Assembly (NCBI GenBank): GCA_001662655.1
Contig: KV460245.1
Source of the DNA: Pseudogymnoascus verrucosus
Lineage: Eukaryota
DNA length: 64,000 bases
Strand: one strand, 5' to 3'
Positions 34,356 to 47,387 of this stretch are shown here, in pieces. The notes beneath the pieces are model-generated. The model had not been told where the DNA came from. It saw only the letters and a list, made by a program, of their open reading frames with translations, and did no database searches. Position 1 is the first letter of the stretch. Each line of letters opens with the position of its first letter. Made by a program: the position numbers and the translations under genes.

Positions 34356-36260
34356 TCAGGCAATCTCCTTGCGCGTAGCCTCCTCAACATGCGCCATGCT
34401 ATCGCGGTTAACATCGTCCTTCTCGCCACCGAAATGGATCTGCTTCTCCACAGCCTCAACAGCCTTGTCGGCGAGAGCTTTGTCCTCGAACACTGCGTAC
34501 AAGAGTCAGCAAGCAGTTCAAATTTGCGCAGTGAGAGGGTAAACTTACAGAAAGCGAGTTCCTCGAGCGTACGCCCTTGGGTCTCGGGGTACATCCAGTA
34601 GACGAAGGAGAACTCGAAGAAGATCCAGCCGCAGTAGATGGCGAAGAACTTCCAGTCGAGAGCATCGAGGGCGAGCGGGTTGACGTAGGTGGAGAAGAAG
34701 CCACCGAGCTTGCCGAAGATCTGCTCGATTCCGATACCACGGCTGCGCTCGGCGTAGGGGAAGAGTTCGACGAGGTAGGCTGGTGGAGTGTTAGTGGGAG
34801 TTTAGCTTTTGGGGGGTGGGGAAAAGGAGCGTACTGTATGTGAGGGCGTTGTTACCCATGTTGTAACATGGGGAGTAGGCGAAGTAGAAGAACAGGGCGG
34901 CGATGGAGGCAGCTTGGTTCTTGGTTTTTGCGTTCTTGGCCTCACGTAGCTTCTCGAAGGAAATAGTCATCGAGATGAAGACCATCAACATACTCGCCGC
35001 AGAGATCATGAACATGTGGCGACGCTTGAATCGCGTGATGATCAAGGCGAGGGCTGTGGCGTTCATGAAACTCCAGCAGTTGTTGGCGATGTTGATCCTG
35101 GTCTTGGCAAATTTGGTGGTGTATCCCATGAGTTCGAAGAGGAGATTGGAGTAGTACGAAAGAAGCGTGTTTCCAGACATCTGTGTGAACAGGCCGAGCA
35201 TCATGGCGATGACCACACGACGACGCATACCGGATGTTCTGATCATATCCGTCCAGGACTGTTTCGAATGTTCCAGCTCCATCTTGATGGTTGACTTGAT
35301 CTGTGCCATTTCTGCCTTTGCAAGTATAGAGTCTGAGTCACCCTCGGCGTGGTACTTGACTAGAACGGCGTAGGCTTCCTCGTCGCGGTCCTTGCTGATC
35401 AGCCAACGGGGGCTTTCTGGTAGGCAACTATATACTAGTTAGATCATGCGCAGTACTTTTGGGATCCAAAGCAGCGTATACGTACAAGACGAAGCAGATC
35501 TGCAACAATGACGGGCAGATTTGGAGGATAGAAGGCAGACGCCAACTCCAGTTACCCTTGATTTCGACAGTTCCGATCGTGATCGCGGAAGCCGTGATGG
35601 CGCCGATAAAGTAAGAAGAGTTGAATAGGGACGTCATAATGGCTCGCTCTTTGGGGTATGAAAGCTCTCCAATCATGGCAGATGCAGCAATAATACACAT
35701 AACAATGCCAAATCCGAGGATCATACGGGCGATGATGTACATTGCAACTGAAAATCTGTTAGAACTCTGCAAAGGCACACTGTGCCGATTCACTTACTGT
35801 GTTGAGAGAAGCACTGCAGGATTGCTCCCACGACCATGATAACAGACCCTATCATGATCGCCCATCTTCGACCAAATCGCTGGTTGATGTACGGCGCAAC
35901 TGGAACACCGAAGATTGAACCGAGTTGGTAGCAAGCTGACATGAAGCCCAACAAATTTGGCTTAATCGCCGGCTTCCCCTCCTTCAGGTAGCCATCGCCA
36001 AAGTCTAGAATATGTTAATACTTTTTTACACCGAATTCGCTGCAGGATCACATACAGATGAGATACTCTGGCGTGAGCTGGAGGGTGTTGATCAACTGAG
36101 AATCAAATCCAGACGTCATCTCCACACCCATGCAGCAGACGAACAGGTAAAAGTACAGAAGCCTCAAATTCTTTTTCTTGTACCACGGGACCTTGTCCTC
36201 CGCGACCATGCGCGTGAGGATGGGATCGGACGTGCCATCGGCAGCAGAAATGACACCCAT
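34356..36260 (-). CDS. MFS sugar porter (lactose permease/hexose transporter-like), multi-exon
   Basis: GFDSQLINTLQ, ARMILGFG, GELSYPKERA, WSWRLPSILQ, PESPRWL, FTQMSGNTLLSYY and PETQGRTLEELAF. Stop TGA at 34358-34356. Confidence 0.9.
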
Positions 36261-37200
36261 CGCAGCAATTCGTTAAACAGGCAGCTTGGAGAGGGCGTTG
36301 CTTTGTGGGACGAGACGGTTGGAAGCCGGGCCTTAATGGGAGAGACCAAAGACTTCGGGTCGCCGTCGACTATATAGCATAATGGAGCCATGACAGCAAT
36401 TCCATATGGGTCCGTGTAGAGAGGTGGATTCGGATAAAGACACGGAAATATAGAATTGAGTCTCATGCTGACTACCCCGCGTTTTTTGTACGGGGGTAGT
36501 CATACCGGGATGATCTCCCGATTTTCAACTGGCTGTGTCGTGTGGATAAATCACTGCACGCTGCCAAGCGTAGCGGCCAAAATTGATGTTTCTTGGCCCC
36601 ATAACTGAGTCTCGTTTCACTCCTTTTGGACCTATAGGGAATGTTGTGGCTGCGAAGCTAAGCCAACTCCACGAGGGTAGCGGCTGAACTCTCCGGGGCA
36701 ATAATCGCCCCCAGACTCCCCGACGAATCAGTTTGTGGAGACATACGGATGTACACATGGCAGTTTATATTTCCGAATGGCACATTGGGACGGGGTGGAC
36801 TATCCGAGAGTGAGATGGCCGGAGGCGGCTAGAAGGCACCGAAGGACGACCGAAGCATTGACACCGACTGGATAGAACATAACGGCCAAGGAATGGCACG
36901 AGTAAGGAAATCCTATACCTGGATAAAGTTCTCTGACCGAGGTGAGAGGAGGTTCCTTTCCATCGTGCCCGGGCGGGTGGAACGCTACTGTTATGTCGTC
37001 CTTCCTATTCGGGCCGCCAAGTTAAGCCGTGCCCCGGATTTCGTGGTAAGCCAACAGGGGAGTCAGGCGAGCTAGTACGGAGAAATGTCAGGATAGTTGA
37101 AAATGAAGGCAAGAAGGTAGGCTTTCAAGCAGGATATGTCATGGCAAAGGCATAGCTGACCCGCCAAGAATCCGTGGAGAAAGGGCGACAGTCGACCTAT

Positions 37201-37283
37201 TTCTCTGGGGAAGACAGCTTTCTCCGGGGAAGACAGCGTCTCTGGGGAAGATAGTTTCTCTGGGGCGATCGGCTTCTCCGGGG
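37201..37283. repeat. 18-19-bp tandem repeat, about 4.5 copies (TTCTCYGGGGAAGACAGC)
   Basis: ttctctggggaagacagc t ttctccggggaagacagc gtctctggggaagatagt ttctctggggcgatcggc ttctccgggg. Confidence 0.8.
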
Positions 37284-38113
37284 TACTGACACTGGCGCTG
37301 CCGCTGGCCGCAAAACTAAACCCACCACAGTAAGTATTTTTTCCTTTGCCAAGGACAGACAGAAGACAGAACCTCATCTCGCAGTTAATCGCACGTGTGT
37401 GTTATGGAGTAACTATAAGCTGTCATGCATGCACTATGTAAGTGCCCAGTAAGCTGACGGTGTGTACGAAGAAGGCTGCGATCGACACCTCAGTAATTCC
37501 TGTCAGCTTCTATAGAATAACCTTACTGTACTTCATACAGACGATTTGTAGACTAAGGCTAGTTTTGCTCTCTAATGCATGCAAGTGAGAGTAGTTAAGG
37601 GGTGAGGTCCCTCGATGAAAGGTGATGAGATAAATGAACTCCCAGACATCGTGAAAAGTCAATCATATAAGGTTTGGACACGCATATTAATTAATGTAGA
37701 GCAGAGCTTTCTCTTCTAACTGCCGAGTAACAGGGGCTGGAAGACCACGTGATGTTTGCTTCTTGGATATTGGAACCATGCAGCAGTGGTGGTCTGTGGT
37801 GTACTCCTTGCAGGATGTACTCTGACAGAAACGGAACCTTGCATCGGGAGGTCACCTGACTTGGCGTAAAGTGACACGCGCTCGGAAGCACGTTGTCGCG
37901 ACGACATGATTTCTCCACTTCCACGCACCAAGTTTGCTTCCAGGCACAAACGGCAACACCAACCGCGTCGTTTCGTTTCGACTGGATCAAATATGCCATG
38001 GACAGCAAATAAACAATAACTCTCGCCAGCCATCAAATTCAAGTCGGCTGGGCTCCAAGCACGATTTCTCGGGCGTTTCCATTCCCCGAGACAAAGGCCC
38101 GAAGGCTCATGAA

Positions 38114-41100
38114 ATGGCAGCCCTGGAGAGAGCCCGTCTGCGGATGGCAAAACTCGGCGACGAAATAGCGCTCTGCTTTGACGATGAGGTCATCTGCGAA
38201 GGATCAGATGCAGAGGACAGTCTCCTGTCAAAGGCGGAGCGACAGAGACGGCGCGAGGCTATCGAAAAACGATACATTGCTGGACATGCTCCCCTGATAA
38301 TGTCAGCACAGCTTAGAGGACCATTCGACAAGAATAGCGGATGGGTAAACCCGTGGCAATCGAAACGGCCGACCCAAAAGCAGCCAACGAACAGAACGAC
38401 AGTTACGGAACACCCGAATCTCGCTCATAAAACCACTTCAGTCGTCGGTTTGGGAAAGCGCCGCAGGGATGACAGCAACTCATCCAGCTCCGTTGGTACG
38501 CGAACCAAAGCATTGGCCGAATGTTCCAGTACATCAATGGATATAGTCAATAATCGCCAGCCAGAGCGGCCCCAACTACATTCTGGATTCAAGCGGTTTG
38601 TCGCGAATCAGCTTGAGAGGCCCTCGGATTTTGCGAGCCTGGACGAGCGGGAAAATATATTACAAAAGCCAGGCGTTGGCATAAAGAGGAGGGCTGATAC
38701 AAACTGGTTAAAAGGGGCAGATGTTGGGAAACGCTCTCGCAACAACTGGTCAGATCCCACGTCGCCAACGCCGAAGGAGAGGACCCGAGATATCGTCGGC
38801 AATGACAAAGCTATAATAGATGCGTCTAGTATGTCTATGTCTAATGTGAGCATTGCGAAATTTAATCGACAACTACCTGCTGAAACGGCGAGCCTGTCTG
38901 AATTTGAAGATATCCCGGTTTCGACAGCAGACTCTGTACGCTCCACACGCACCACGGTCCAGAGGCGCGGCGATGGCAATATCCAGCCTACTCCCAATGT
39001 CACTGCCAAAAAAGCCGAAGATACGCGGCGTGAAATATCGGTGCGACCAGAGTCTGCGTCTAGAGTGTATGAGGAGTCGGCATCTAGTGCGGGAAGTGTG
39101 GATGGAGATGGGTTAGATTCGGCTATGGAAATTGGCCGCACAGCCCCTGAGTATTCTTTGAATGGAAGTTCATTCGTGGAGCCCGAGTCATCCTTTGGAC
39201 ACAAATCAGTACATCGATGTGATTCGGTGCTATCATTTGAGCCGTCGCCCGTTCATACTATTGCGCGAAGCCAACTAAGCCAGGAAATACTCCACGGCCT
39301 CTCACAGGCTTCTCAGCTAGCTTGTTCAGCTGAGCAACTGACACCCCGAAAGCCGGATGTCTCTGCATTGAATATTGCCGAAAGTCATCGCTCAGACCTA
39401 GCAAAGCGGAATGGTCTATCACCATCAAGTAAGAAGACGCCTTCGCAACTTGTCTCAGCGTCGTTAAACCATACATCACAAGCAAGAAGTCAATCGCATC
39501 CCCTCCAAAAAAGCCCAGTGGGGGTTAATCTGCTCAAACCTAAAAGAAATGACCGATCACGAAGCTTCGATTCTCCGTTGCCACCAGGCAGTTTGAAGTA
39601 TCGCAGAGTCAGGCGCAATGCACCAACCACGGCCGAGGGCAGTCAGAATGGTGATTCACGTAAGGCTATTGAGAAGCAGAAGACACCTGAGGCGGCTCCT
39701 CTTCAGTCAACAGAGGTTCAAGATGATGCACACAAAAAAGATGTGGTGTCTCCCGCTAGCCAAGCCCTGAATTATGTCGATCTAGCCAGGGATCGGTTTT
39801 CAACCTTTAATTCCGGGCGGCTGCTGCAGCCGCCTGGCTCCGTGCCAATTATTGAGATAACCGACAACGACGCAGATGAGGATTCAGAAACGAAACCATT
39901 GGATAGAGATATTGACGATCGGGCGCCCACACATGCCTCTGTTCCTCCAATATCGCCAGTTACGAAGGATGGGCGCAATGAATTGGAAGCCGCGCACGAG
40001 AGCTGTCCTACGCCAATAATTGATGGTCGTGGAAGCGAAAGCAGTCTTGATACAACTGTTATGCCTTGTCAAGAAAACGGAGAAAGTGAGGGCCTCTTAG
40101 CCAGCGAACAGGCTCTTGGGACACAACCGCCTCCCATCGAAATTGCAGCGGAGACAAACAGCGGAAATGTCGAACACAAAGAAGAACTCCCTTCTTCTAA
40201 GGCCACAACTAGCGTCACGAAAGAAGCGACCATTGGAGATGTTACATTATCACAGGACACAGGCTCTCTACTAGCATCTCCTGACCTGACAGACAATGAG
40301 TCCACGCTCGTAGAAATATTACAACATGTTTCTCAAGGGCCCATTCCGAAATCCTCGCCATTGCCTCCATTGCCTGACATTGTCGACGACGAGCAATTTT
40401 CAGACACAAGCTTTATATCTGCCACTGAAGAGTCTATTCCGAAATCCCAACCCGCGCCTGCTGATGTTGGAGACGACCAAGTTTTAGAGGCAAGCTTCAC
40501 GTCTGCTCCAGAGGAGGTCCACTCCCTTCCTGTACTGCAAAGTCCCTGGGCAGTTGAGGATGTGCCTGTACCACAATCCCTTTGGATCGAGCCTACCGTA
40601 CGTACCGGGAATTTCTCAATGAGCCAAAGTAAAGATGCCGCTCTGCTGCTCGCGGGAACTGAGCCACATTGCTCTGGCGCCGGTTCACCCGTGCACAATG
40701 GCGAATCATCAGTCCGCAATTCCGAACCGCCCCAGACCAACGAACTCGTTTTCAGCGGCGTTGTATCTTCGTGGTTGATACCCACAGGTTCCCCTCCGCC
40801 ATCCCCAAAATATCTCTCACCGCGCAAGTCTCACACTCCGCAATCGCCCACGGTCGGAAACGACGACCTCCTCCCCCTATCCAACCCCTGGGCGAACAAC
40901 ACACAGAGTCCAATAATACATCCACGCCCTATCAAACGAAAGAAGCGTGTTTCTTTCAATCCTCCGCCACTCGACAGTGACAGCGAAGACAAACAGCCCG
41001 ACCAGCCAAACAACAAAACACCCCAGTCAAGGGACCTCTCCAGTCCGCCTCCACCACCCGAAGCTGAGTCTCTTACAAAGGGGAATAATTCATGTCACCG

Positions 41101-41614
41101 GAAGCTCAAGTGGACGAGTGGGATATTATCTAGGCGCGCATCGAATGACCAGCTTAGCGTGCCCAGAGAGGATACTGTCCCGGGCAGCCCAGGCGTCGGT
41201 GCAATGGCCGAAGCATTTTTGGCTGCTGATGCGAGGGCTCAATCTGCGGATAGCAATTCCGGAGAAGTGCGTGACAAGGATGCATTTACCGGGCCAGAGA
41301 ATTTTGACATAGTCGAGGATGGAGAACAGCAGGGTAAAGTCAGCGCAGCTTCCGCTGTGCGAGCTGTACCACTTATGACGGAGAGCCAGCTGGTCAACCC
41401 CTGGGGCGATGAGGGTGAGGCTCCCTTGTTTTGTATGGCGGACTGTAAGCCTGAGGAGGACGACGGGTTGGTAGAGGATGTACTAAGTGATATGGATGCG
41501 ATGCTGGGTGACTGGAATGTAGACGCTGAGTTGGATCGTGCAAAGAGGGAAGGAAAGGGGCAGTTGGAGAGAGATGAGACTGCCAGGGAGAGGCTGGTAG
41601 AGGCGGGCTATTAA
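38114..41614 (+). CDS. Large, mostly disordered hypothetical protein
   Basis: Open frame of more than 1100 codons. N-terminal block RRRREAIEKRYIAGHAPLIMSAQLRGPFDKNSGWVNPW and C-terminal LGDWNVDAEL resemble a Pezizomycotina hypothetical family often labelled protamine P1-like. Start set at the first in-frame ATG. Confidence 0.75.
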   Translation: MAALERARLRMAKLGDEIALCFDDEVICEGSDAEDSLLSKAERQRRREAIEKRYIAGHAPLIMSAQLRGPFDKNSGWVNPWQSKRPTQKQPTNRTTVTEHPNLAHKTTSVVGLGKRRRDDSNSSSSVGTRTKALAECSSTSMDIVNNRQPERPQLHSGFKRFVANQLERPSDFASLDERENILQKPGVGIKRRADTNWLKGADVGKRSRNNWSDPTSPTPKERTRDIVGNDKAIIDASSMSMSNVSIAKFNRQLPAETASLSEFEDIPVSTADSVRSTRTTVQRRGDGNIQPTPNVTAKKAEDTRREISVRPESASRVYEESASSAGSVDGDGLDSAMEIGRTAPEYSLNGSSFVEPESSFGHKSVHRCDSVLSFEPSPVHTIARSQLSQEILHGLSQASQLACSAEQLTPRKPDVSALNIAESHRSDLAKRNGLSPSSKKTPSQLVSASLNHTSQARSQSHPLQKSPVGVNLLKPKRNDRSRSFDSPLPPGSLKYRRVRRNAPTTAEGSQNGDSRKAIEKQKTPEAAPLQSTEVQDDAHKKDVVSPASQALNYVDLARDRFSTFNSGRLLQPPGSVPIIEITDNDADEDSETKPLDRDIDDRAPTHASVPPISPVTKDGRNELEAAHESCPTPIIDGRGSESSLDTTVMPCQENGESEGLLASEQALGTQPPPIEIAAETNSGNVEHKEELPSSKATTSVTKEATIGDVTLSQDTGSLLASPDLTDNESTLVEILQHVSQGPIPKSSPLPPLPDIVDDEQFSDTSFISATEESIPKSQPAPADVGDDQVLEASFTSAPEEVHSLPVLQSPWAVEDVPVPQSLWIEPTVRTGNFSMSQSKDAALLLAGTEPHCSGAGSPVHNGESSVRNSEPPQTNELVFSGVVSSWLIPTGSPPPSPKYLSPRKSHTPQSPTVGNDDLLPLSNPWANNTQSPIIHPRPIKRKKRVSFNPPPLDSDSEDKQPDQPNNKTPQSRDLSSPPPPPEAESLTKGNNSCHRKLKWTSGILSRRASNDQLSVPREDTVPGSPGVGAMAEAFLAADARAQSADSNSGEVRDKDAFTGPENFDIVEDGEQQGKVSAASAVRAVPLMTESQLVNPWGDEGEAPLFCMADCKPEEDDGLVEDVLSDMDAMLGDWNVDAELDRAKREGKGQLERDETARERLVEAGY

Positions 41615-41979
41615 TGTATAATTGGAAGGCTGGGGTCTTGATGCTGAGCTATTGGAAAGCTCAGGTGTCATGGTACAAATAGAGATGAGTGGTTTTAATT
41701 GCTGGGGCTGGTTTCTTTACTGTCGCTGGCTAGCTGCCTTGTATAGAATATCAAACGCTTGAACCACCTCCCATTTATTTTATGACCATGAATACGAATC
41801 ACTGTATAATCCACAAGGAGTTCAGCGTCATGCTTCAGAAACGAATACAGCTTAGTTTCTCAAGCCCTATAGACAACCTCTTCGCCCGGAGCATACATGA
41901 GTACCACGACTATCGCATTCCCTCCACCAAACACCAAACGCCCATTGTTAAACCCTAATAACAGCCTTTTATCTCCGAC

Positions 41980-43015
41980 TTATTCAGCAACAACCTTTCT
42001 TTTTGACTTCTTAGCCTCAACCTCATCCTTCATCTCGATATCCTCAGCATCAACGATCAACGAGTCCCTAGTCCTCTTCAATCCCTTCATCTTCCTCGTC
42101 TGCAACTCCCCGAGATCCTGCTTGCCGAGATGTATCCTTCCGACCTTGTCACCCACAATATCAGTCGAGATGTTCTTCTTCGGCCTCTCCAGCGTCGTCC
42201 TCGCCTTCCTCATCGCCTCCTTGAGCATCGCCTCCTCAGCATCCTTCATTCTCCCAATACGGAAGTCCATGCGAGGTCCCATCTCCTCAACCTCCACGCG
42301 AGGCAGCTTTTGTCCGCTCTTCTTGGTCTTGATCAGGTACACCCTAAGATGGATTTTAGGCTTCGCCTCCTCCCCATCGACAGTGTCGCGTGCCGCGATA
42401 GACACCAGGTACTGCAACCCCTCCACATCAACCTTCTCAGCCGGCTCGCCCTTGAAGAAATCCGTGAAGAAGCTCTTCGCCATCGTGTACTCGTTCGGGA
42501 TTGGGCTCTCAAACGGCGTACCGCTGAACAAAAGCATGGGCTTAAGTCCCACAGCGCACTTCTTGTTCTTGAACTGGCTGAGCAGGCGCAAGCTATCCGG
42601 ATCGAGGTTGAGCTCTAGCATATCCAGGACCTTGTATCCGAAGGTACGCACGAGCGTCAGCGCATGCGGGCGCTTCTTGCTGGAAGAGCCGAAGACGAGC
42701 AGCGAGGCGTCGTTCTTCTCGCTGAAGAACTCGAGGGAGGCGGCATCCTCGAAGGGGTGGATCTCGTTCTTCTTGGTGAACTTCTGGGCTAGGGGTCGGC
42801 GCAGCGAGTACAGGTCTGTGAGCGCATCTTGGGTCTTCTGCGAGCACGAGGTGCCGCGGAGGAAGAGCGCCTTCTTGGGGTTCTCGACGGGCTTGGGGGC
42901 CTTCTTGTCGAGGGCGCGCTTGGAGCGGGCGTTACGGGGTTTTCTGGCAGTGGGTTAGTTTTTAATTGTCTTGTGGGGGAAATTTGCGATTGGAAACGTA
43001 CATTTGGCGGAGCAT
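41980..43015 (-). CDS. RPF2: Brix-domain ribosome biogenesis protein; one 5' intron
   Basis: MLRQI/KPRNARSKRAL, KKNEIHPFED, RTFGYKVLDMLEL, LPRVEVEEMGPRMDF and GRIHLGKQDLGELQTRKMKGLK. Confidence 0.93.
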
Positions 43016-43502
43016 TGTGATGTTGTGTTGTCTCCAGGATTCTGCTCGTCGCAAGCTGCCCTCATTGAAATCTGGGAAAAAGTTCTCGAAATGTTCAAAT
43101 CGATAGTGGTCACGTGGAGATAATGCTCAACGTTGGCCGCTAGTAAATGTACGCCTTAAAATATAGGTTGTCTCTGTCACAAGGGAATCATCATGTCCAC
43201 CGTATTCAGCATAGCATCCCTGTAGTTTGTGGGGTAAGTATTTGGACCATCCCACCCGAGTTATCAAGTCCCAAAGCCGACTCGGCCTACGATTATCTCC
43301 AACACCGAGAGCATCATCGTTCTCCAACTCCAACCGGCGCTCACTATATTACTACGCCTGTAACGACCTCAGCATTGTTTACTTCTTATCTCCTTTAATA
43401 CCCCATGCAGATTTGCCAATAGCTCAACTGGCTCTCTGCTTTTGAAGGGTCTTTGCACTGAGCGACGTTATCTGAGATCTCAGCCGAGGCACATCAGCCA
43501 AA

Positions 43503-44359
43503 ATGGCGACGGCTAACGCAGTATACGTGAGTAAACAACGCTGAAAACCACAACACTGCGTGATAGAATCGAGCTGACGAGAGGGAATATAGAAAGCGCT
43601 CAATGAGATAGTGCTCAATCCTAAATATGCCGACTTATTCGCCCTCGTGAAAGCCGCGCGCAATGGTGCTGTTTACGGTGCCAAAATCCGCTTTCCCCAT
43701 GCCTTGGTGTACGCATCCTCTCCTGCGCTCGCTGTTACCCCCCTGGCAAGCAAGCATACTGACAGTGATTCCATAGCATGATCTTTCTCTTCCGCTCCGG
43801 AACGTAAGTCGCAATCCCTCGTCTCCCCGTCGGCTCAAAGCTAACCGCCCCTCCCTACAGATTCAGAGAAAAGGCCCGGCTAGTCTACAAAGCCACGCGC
43901 ACACACGCCCAAAACCTCGCCCGCTTTGCGGTAATCTACAAAACGGTCATGATCGCGCTCCGGCGCCTCGGCCCGACCGGCAAGGAAGGCCCCTACGACA
44001 CTTTCTTCGCTGGGCTGTTGGGCGGTTACGTCGTGTTCGGGCAGCGCAACCCGCGCACCGGCAAGGTGTCGAGTGTGAGCCAGCAGATCGTGATATACAT
44101 CTTCGCGCGTGTGGTACTGGGGCTGGCGAAGCTGAGCGTGGAGCCGGGCACGGGGATTGTGACGAATGTGCAGCTGTCGAATAAGATTAAGGATAATGCG
44201 TGGCCGGTGTTTGCGGCGATGAGCTGGGGGGCGGTGATGTATGTGTTTAGGTGGCACCCGGAGAGCTTGCAGTCGAGTTTGAGGAGCAGTATGAGCTATA
44301 TTTATGTGCAGAGCGATCATTGGGATAGCTTGAAGACGCTGGTGTGGCATAATAAATAG
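43503..44359 (+). CDS. PXMP4: Peroxisomal membrane protein 4 (PXMP4/Tim17 superfamily), 4 exons
   Basis: ARNGAVYGAKIRFPHALV, HAQNLARFAVIYK, AGLLGGYVVFG, QQIVIYIFARV and LQSSLRSSMSYIY. Confidence 0.88.
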
Positions 44360-45015
44360 GTATCTGGAGAGTGGCAGTTGGGGCTTGAGGATATTGAGGG
44401 TGGCAGGATGGATTCATGGCGGGTTCATGAATGATGTTACGAGTAGGTTGCCGTCTGAGGATCGAGGGACCGTGTTATAGAGACGTATCTCTCGCAATGT
44501 TGGTTGATACAGCCATGGCGCATATGATCATATTAAGAATTGTAGATAGGCGCGCATATCAATAAATAGATTCTGTTCAAGAGACTGATCTGTACTTGTG
44601 CCTCCCAAAGTTCCGAAGAACTGTAGATAATAGCTGGTTTTATGGGAACTATGATTAAAATTGATGTGCTCAGTCAATCAGGGTTATAATCAACAAATCG
44701 ATCTCTCATAAATGGAGGTAAACAGATATATTCTATTAGCTTTAAGGCTAATCTGATAAAATATAAAAACTTTCGATTCTGGTATTTCCATTCCTCGACA
44801 TCCCCGCATCTCAATCATTTTATTCATAAAATCAGAACTGGCATATATGCATCCAATCTGGACAACGAGGATATACTACCACGATACTGTCATACTCATC
44901 AAATCAATCCACAGAACATAAAAACCCTTCAAAACGGCACGCTAGATACTCAAATCCACGAAACCAGTCCGCTCTCAACAGATCGGGCGCACTAGATTTC
45001 TCCGCGACTCAAAGC

Positions 45016-46676
45016 TTAATACTCGACATCGTCAGGGGCAAAAGCCTCGCCATCGGCGCCAACCTCCTCGTAATCTCTCTCGAGAGCGGCCAAATCCTCT
45101 CTCGCCTCGTTGAACTCGCCCTCCTCCATGCCCTCACCAACGTACCAGTGCACGAAGGCACGCTTGTTGTACATGAGATCGAACTTGTGGTCGAGGCGGC
45201 CCCAGGCCTCGGCGATGGCGGTGGTGTTGCTCAACATGCTAACGGCGCGGTCAACTTCTGCGAGCGCACCATCTGGGTTGGAAGCAGATGCAGGGACAAC
45301 GACGGGCTTCTGGTAGTTGATACCGATCTTGAATCCGGTGGGGCACCACTCGACAAGGTTGAATGACTGCTTGGCCTTGAGACTTGCGACGGCGGCGTTG
45401 CATTCGCGGGGGACGACATCGCCACGGTACAGGAGCGCAACGGCCATGTACTTTCCAGCACGGGGGTCGCAGACGACCATCTGGTTGTTGGGCTCGAAGC
45501 ACTGCAGGGTCAGCTCCTGGACCTTGAAGCTCTCGTGGCTGGACTTCTTGGCGGAGATAACAGGGGCGTAGGAGACGAGCGGGTAGTGGATACGTGGGAA
45601 GGGAACAAGGTTGGTCTGGAACTCGTTCAGATCGACGTTGAGCGCGCCGTCGAAGCGGAGGGAGGAGGTAATCGAAGAGACGACCTGGGCGATCAGGCGG
45701 TTCAGGTGCTCGAAGTTGGGGCGGGGAATGTCGAGCGAACGGCGGCAGATGTCGTAGATGGCCTCATTGTCGACGAGGAAAGTGCAGTCCGAGTTCTCGA
45801 TGGTAGAGTGGGTGGAGAGCACGGCGTTGTATGGCTCAACAACGGCGGTGGAGACGCGAGGAGATGGGTAGATGGCGAACTCAAGCTTGCACTTCTTGCT
45901 GTAGTCGGTGCTTAGGCGCTCCAGAAGGAGGGAGCCAAAACCAGATCCAGTTCCTCCACCGAACGAGTGGAAGATCAGAAATCCCTGGAGAGATGAGCAG
46001 TTATCTATTTGCATGTTAGTAAAGGAATGCCTTCATGTTCACGATGCAATTGGCGGATATAAATGCGACGAAGGTCGCATAAAAGATGTCCAATCTATAG
46101 ATATGGTCAGGATAAAGGCATAGTCTTACCGGCGACACGTCGGACTTTGTCAACCACAGTGTCAACCAATTCCTTGCCAATTGTGTAGTGCCCTCTTGCG
46201 TAGTTGTTTGCTGCATCTTCCTTGCCGCTCACGAGAAGCTCTGGGTGGAATAGCTCTCGGTAGGTACCAGTGCGAACCTCGTCGATTGGGCTGGGGTCGA
46301 GATCGACAAAGATAGATCGGGGAACGTATTTTCCGCCTGAAGTCTCGTTGAAGAAGGTCTCGTTAGACCCGGTTTCGGCGATAGCTGTGGCCTCGGGATT
46401 CGGGCGACCATCGGGCAAAAGGCCATGCTCAAGCAGATAGCTAGGAACAAGTCAGAAAATCAGTTATAATTATAAAAAAATATTAAAATTAACAAGTACT
46501 TACAGCTCCCAAGCAGCATTTCCAAGCTGAACACCAGCTTGGCCAATGTGGATGTGACAGATCTAAGCTCCATGTCAGAACAGCGACTTCGCGCTAACGA
46601 AATGCTCACCGACTCTCACATTGGAGAGTCTAATGAGCAGATAGTACGGGTTAATAGGTCTTACTTCGCCCCTCAT
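45016..46676 (-). CDS. tubB: Alpha-tubulin, tubB/alpha-2 type (MRGE start), 4 exons
   Basis: [84 protein letters not shown] and C-terminal EY. Confidence 0.95.
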
Positions 46677-47387
46677 TGTGTCCAAAGAATATATTCAAAT
46701 GATCAATATGGTGGGTAGTATCGGGTATCAATTAAGCACAACTCGACAAGAGAGCGGCGTCTTGCTGTGCAATAATATGTGGTTGTTAAAAGGAAAGGGG
46801 GTAAATGGGGTCAATGGTGGGGTTGTGGCGTTGGTTAGAGGCTTAGTCATCAGTCACATGATGTGTACACTGCGTATTAAACAACGATACGGCGGCTGTT
46901 TATGAGGTATAGAAATGCCATCTATAACATTTAGATGAGTTAATAGTCAACTTTGCTTTACTTCAACTCAAATCATATAAATATTGGAAGGCTTATTCAT
47001 AATTAGAATAAACTAGAGGATTATGAAGCTCTGGCAAACCTTAAGACCCTTATATTAAGGTTTTCTGGAACGCGTTGCTCTGCCAACACGCGGCAGCGAT
47101 AAGCCAGAAGCAGGCGCGTGTTTGGTGATCAGGGTCAGACACGGGTTGCTTTTTGTGCCACGAAAAGCACGAAAAGCCGGCGACCTTGGACGACAGATAC
47201 TAACAACAGATACACATTACGACAAAAACATCAATAAGGTTATAATACGAATTAGCAAAAGTTATCACGAGGCTGTCTGTCAGCAACTCGAAACACTTCA
47301 CGACGCGCCAATATCTTCCCAACACAACAACGACCTCCATGTCGCATAACTTATAACAACATCGGACTCAACCAACAGCAACCCGCG

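Noticed and set aside
41897..42958. Long antisense ORFs (353 aa here; also 62064-63257, 55410-56228, 5352-6203, 6909-7760)
   Set aside because: These are shadows of well-supported genes on the opposite strand, caused by GC-rich codon bias.
41980..43015. Functional link between RPF2 (5S RNP assembly) and the nearby split 5S genes
   Set aside because: They are about 9 kb apart with unrelated genes between, and 5S genes are dispersed in these fungi, so the proximity is probably chance.
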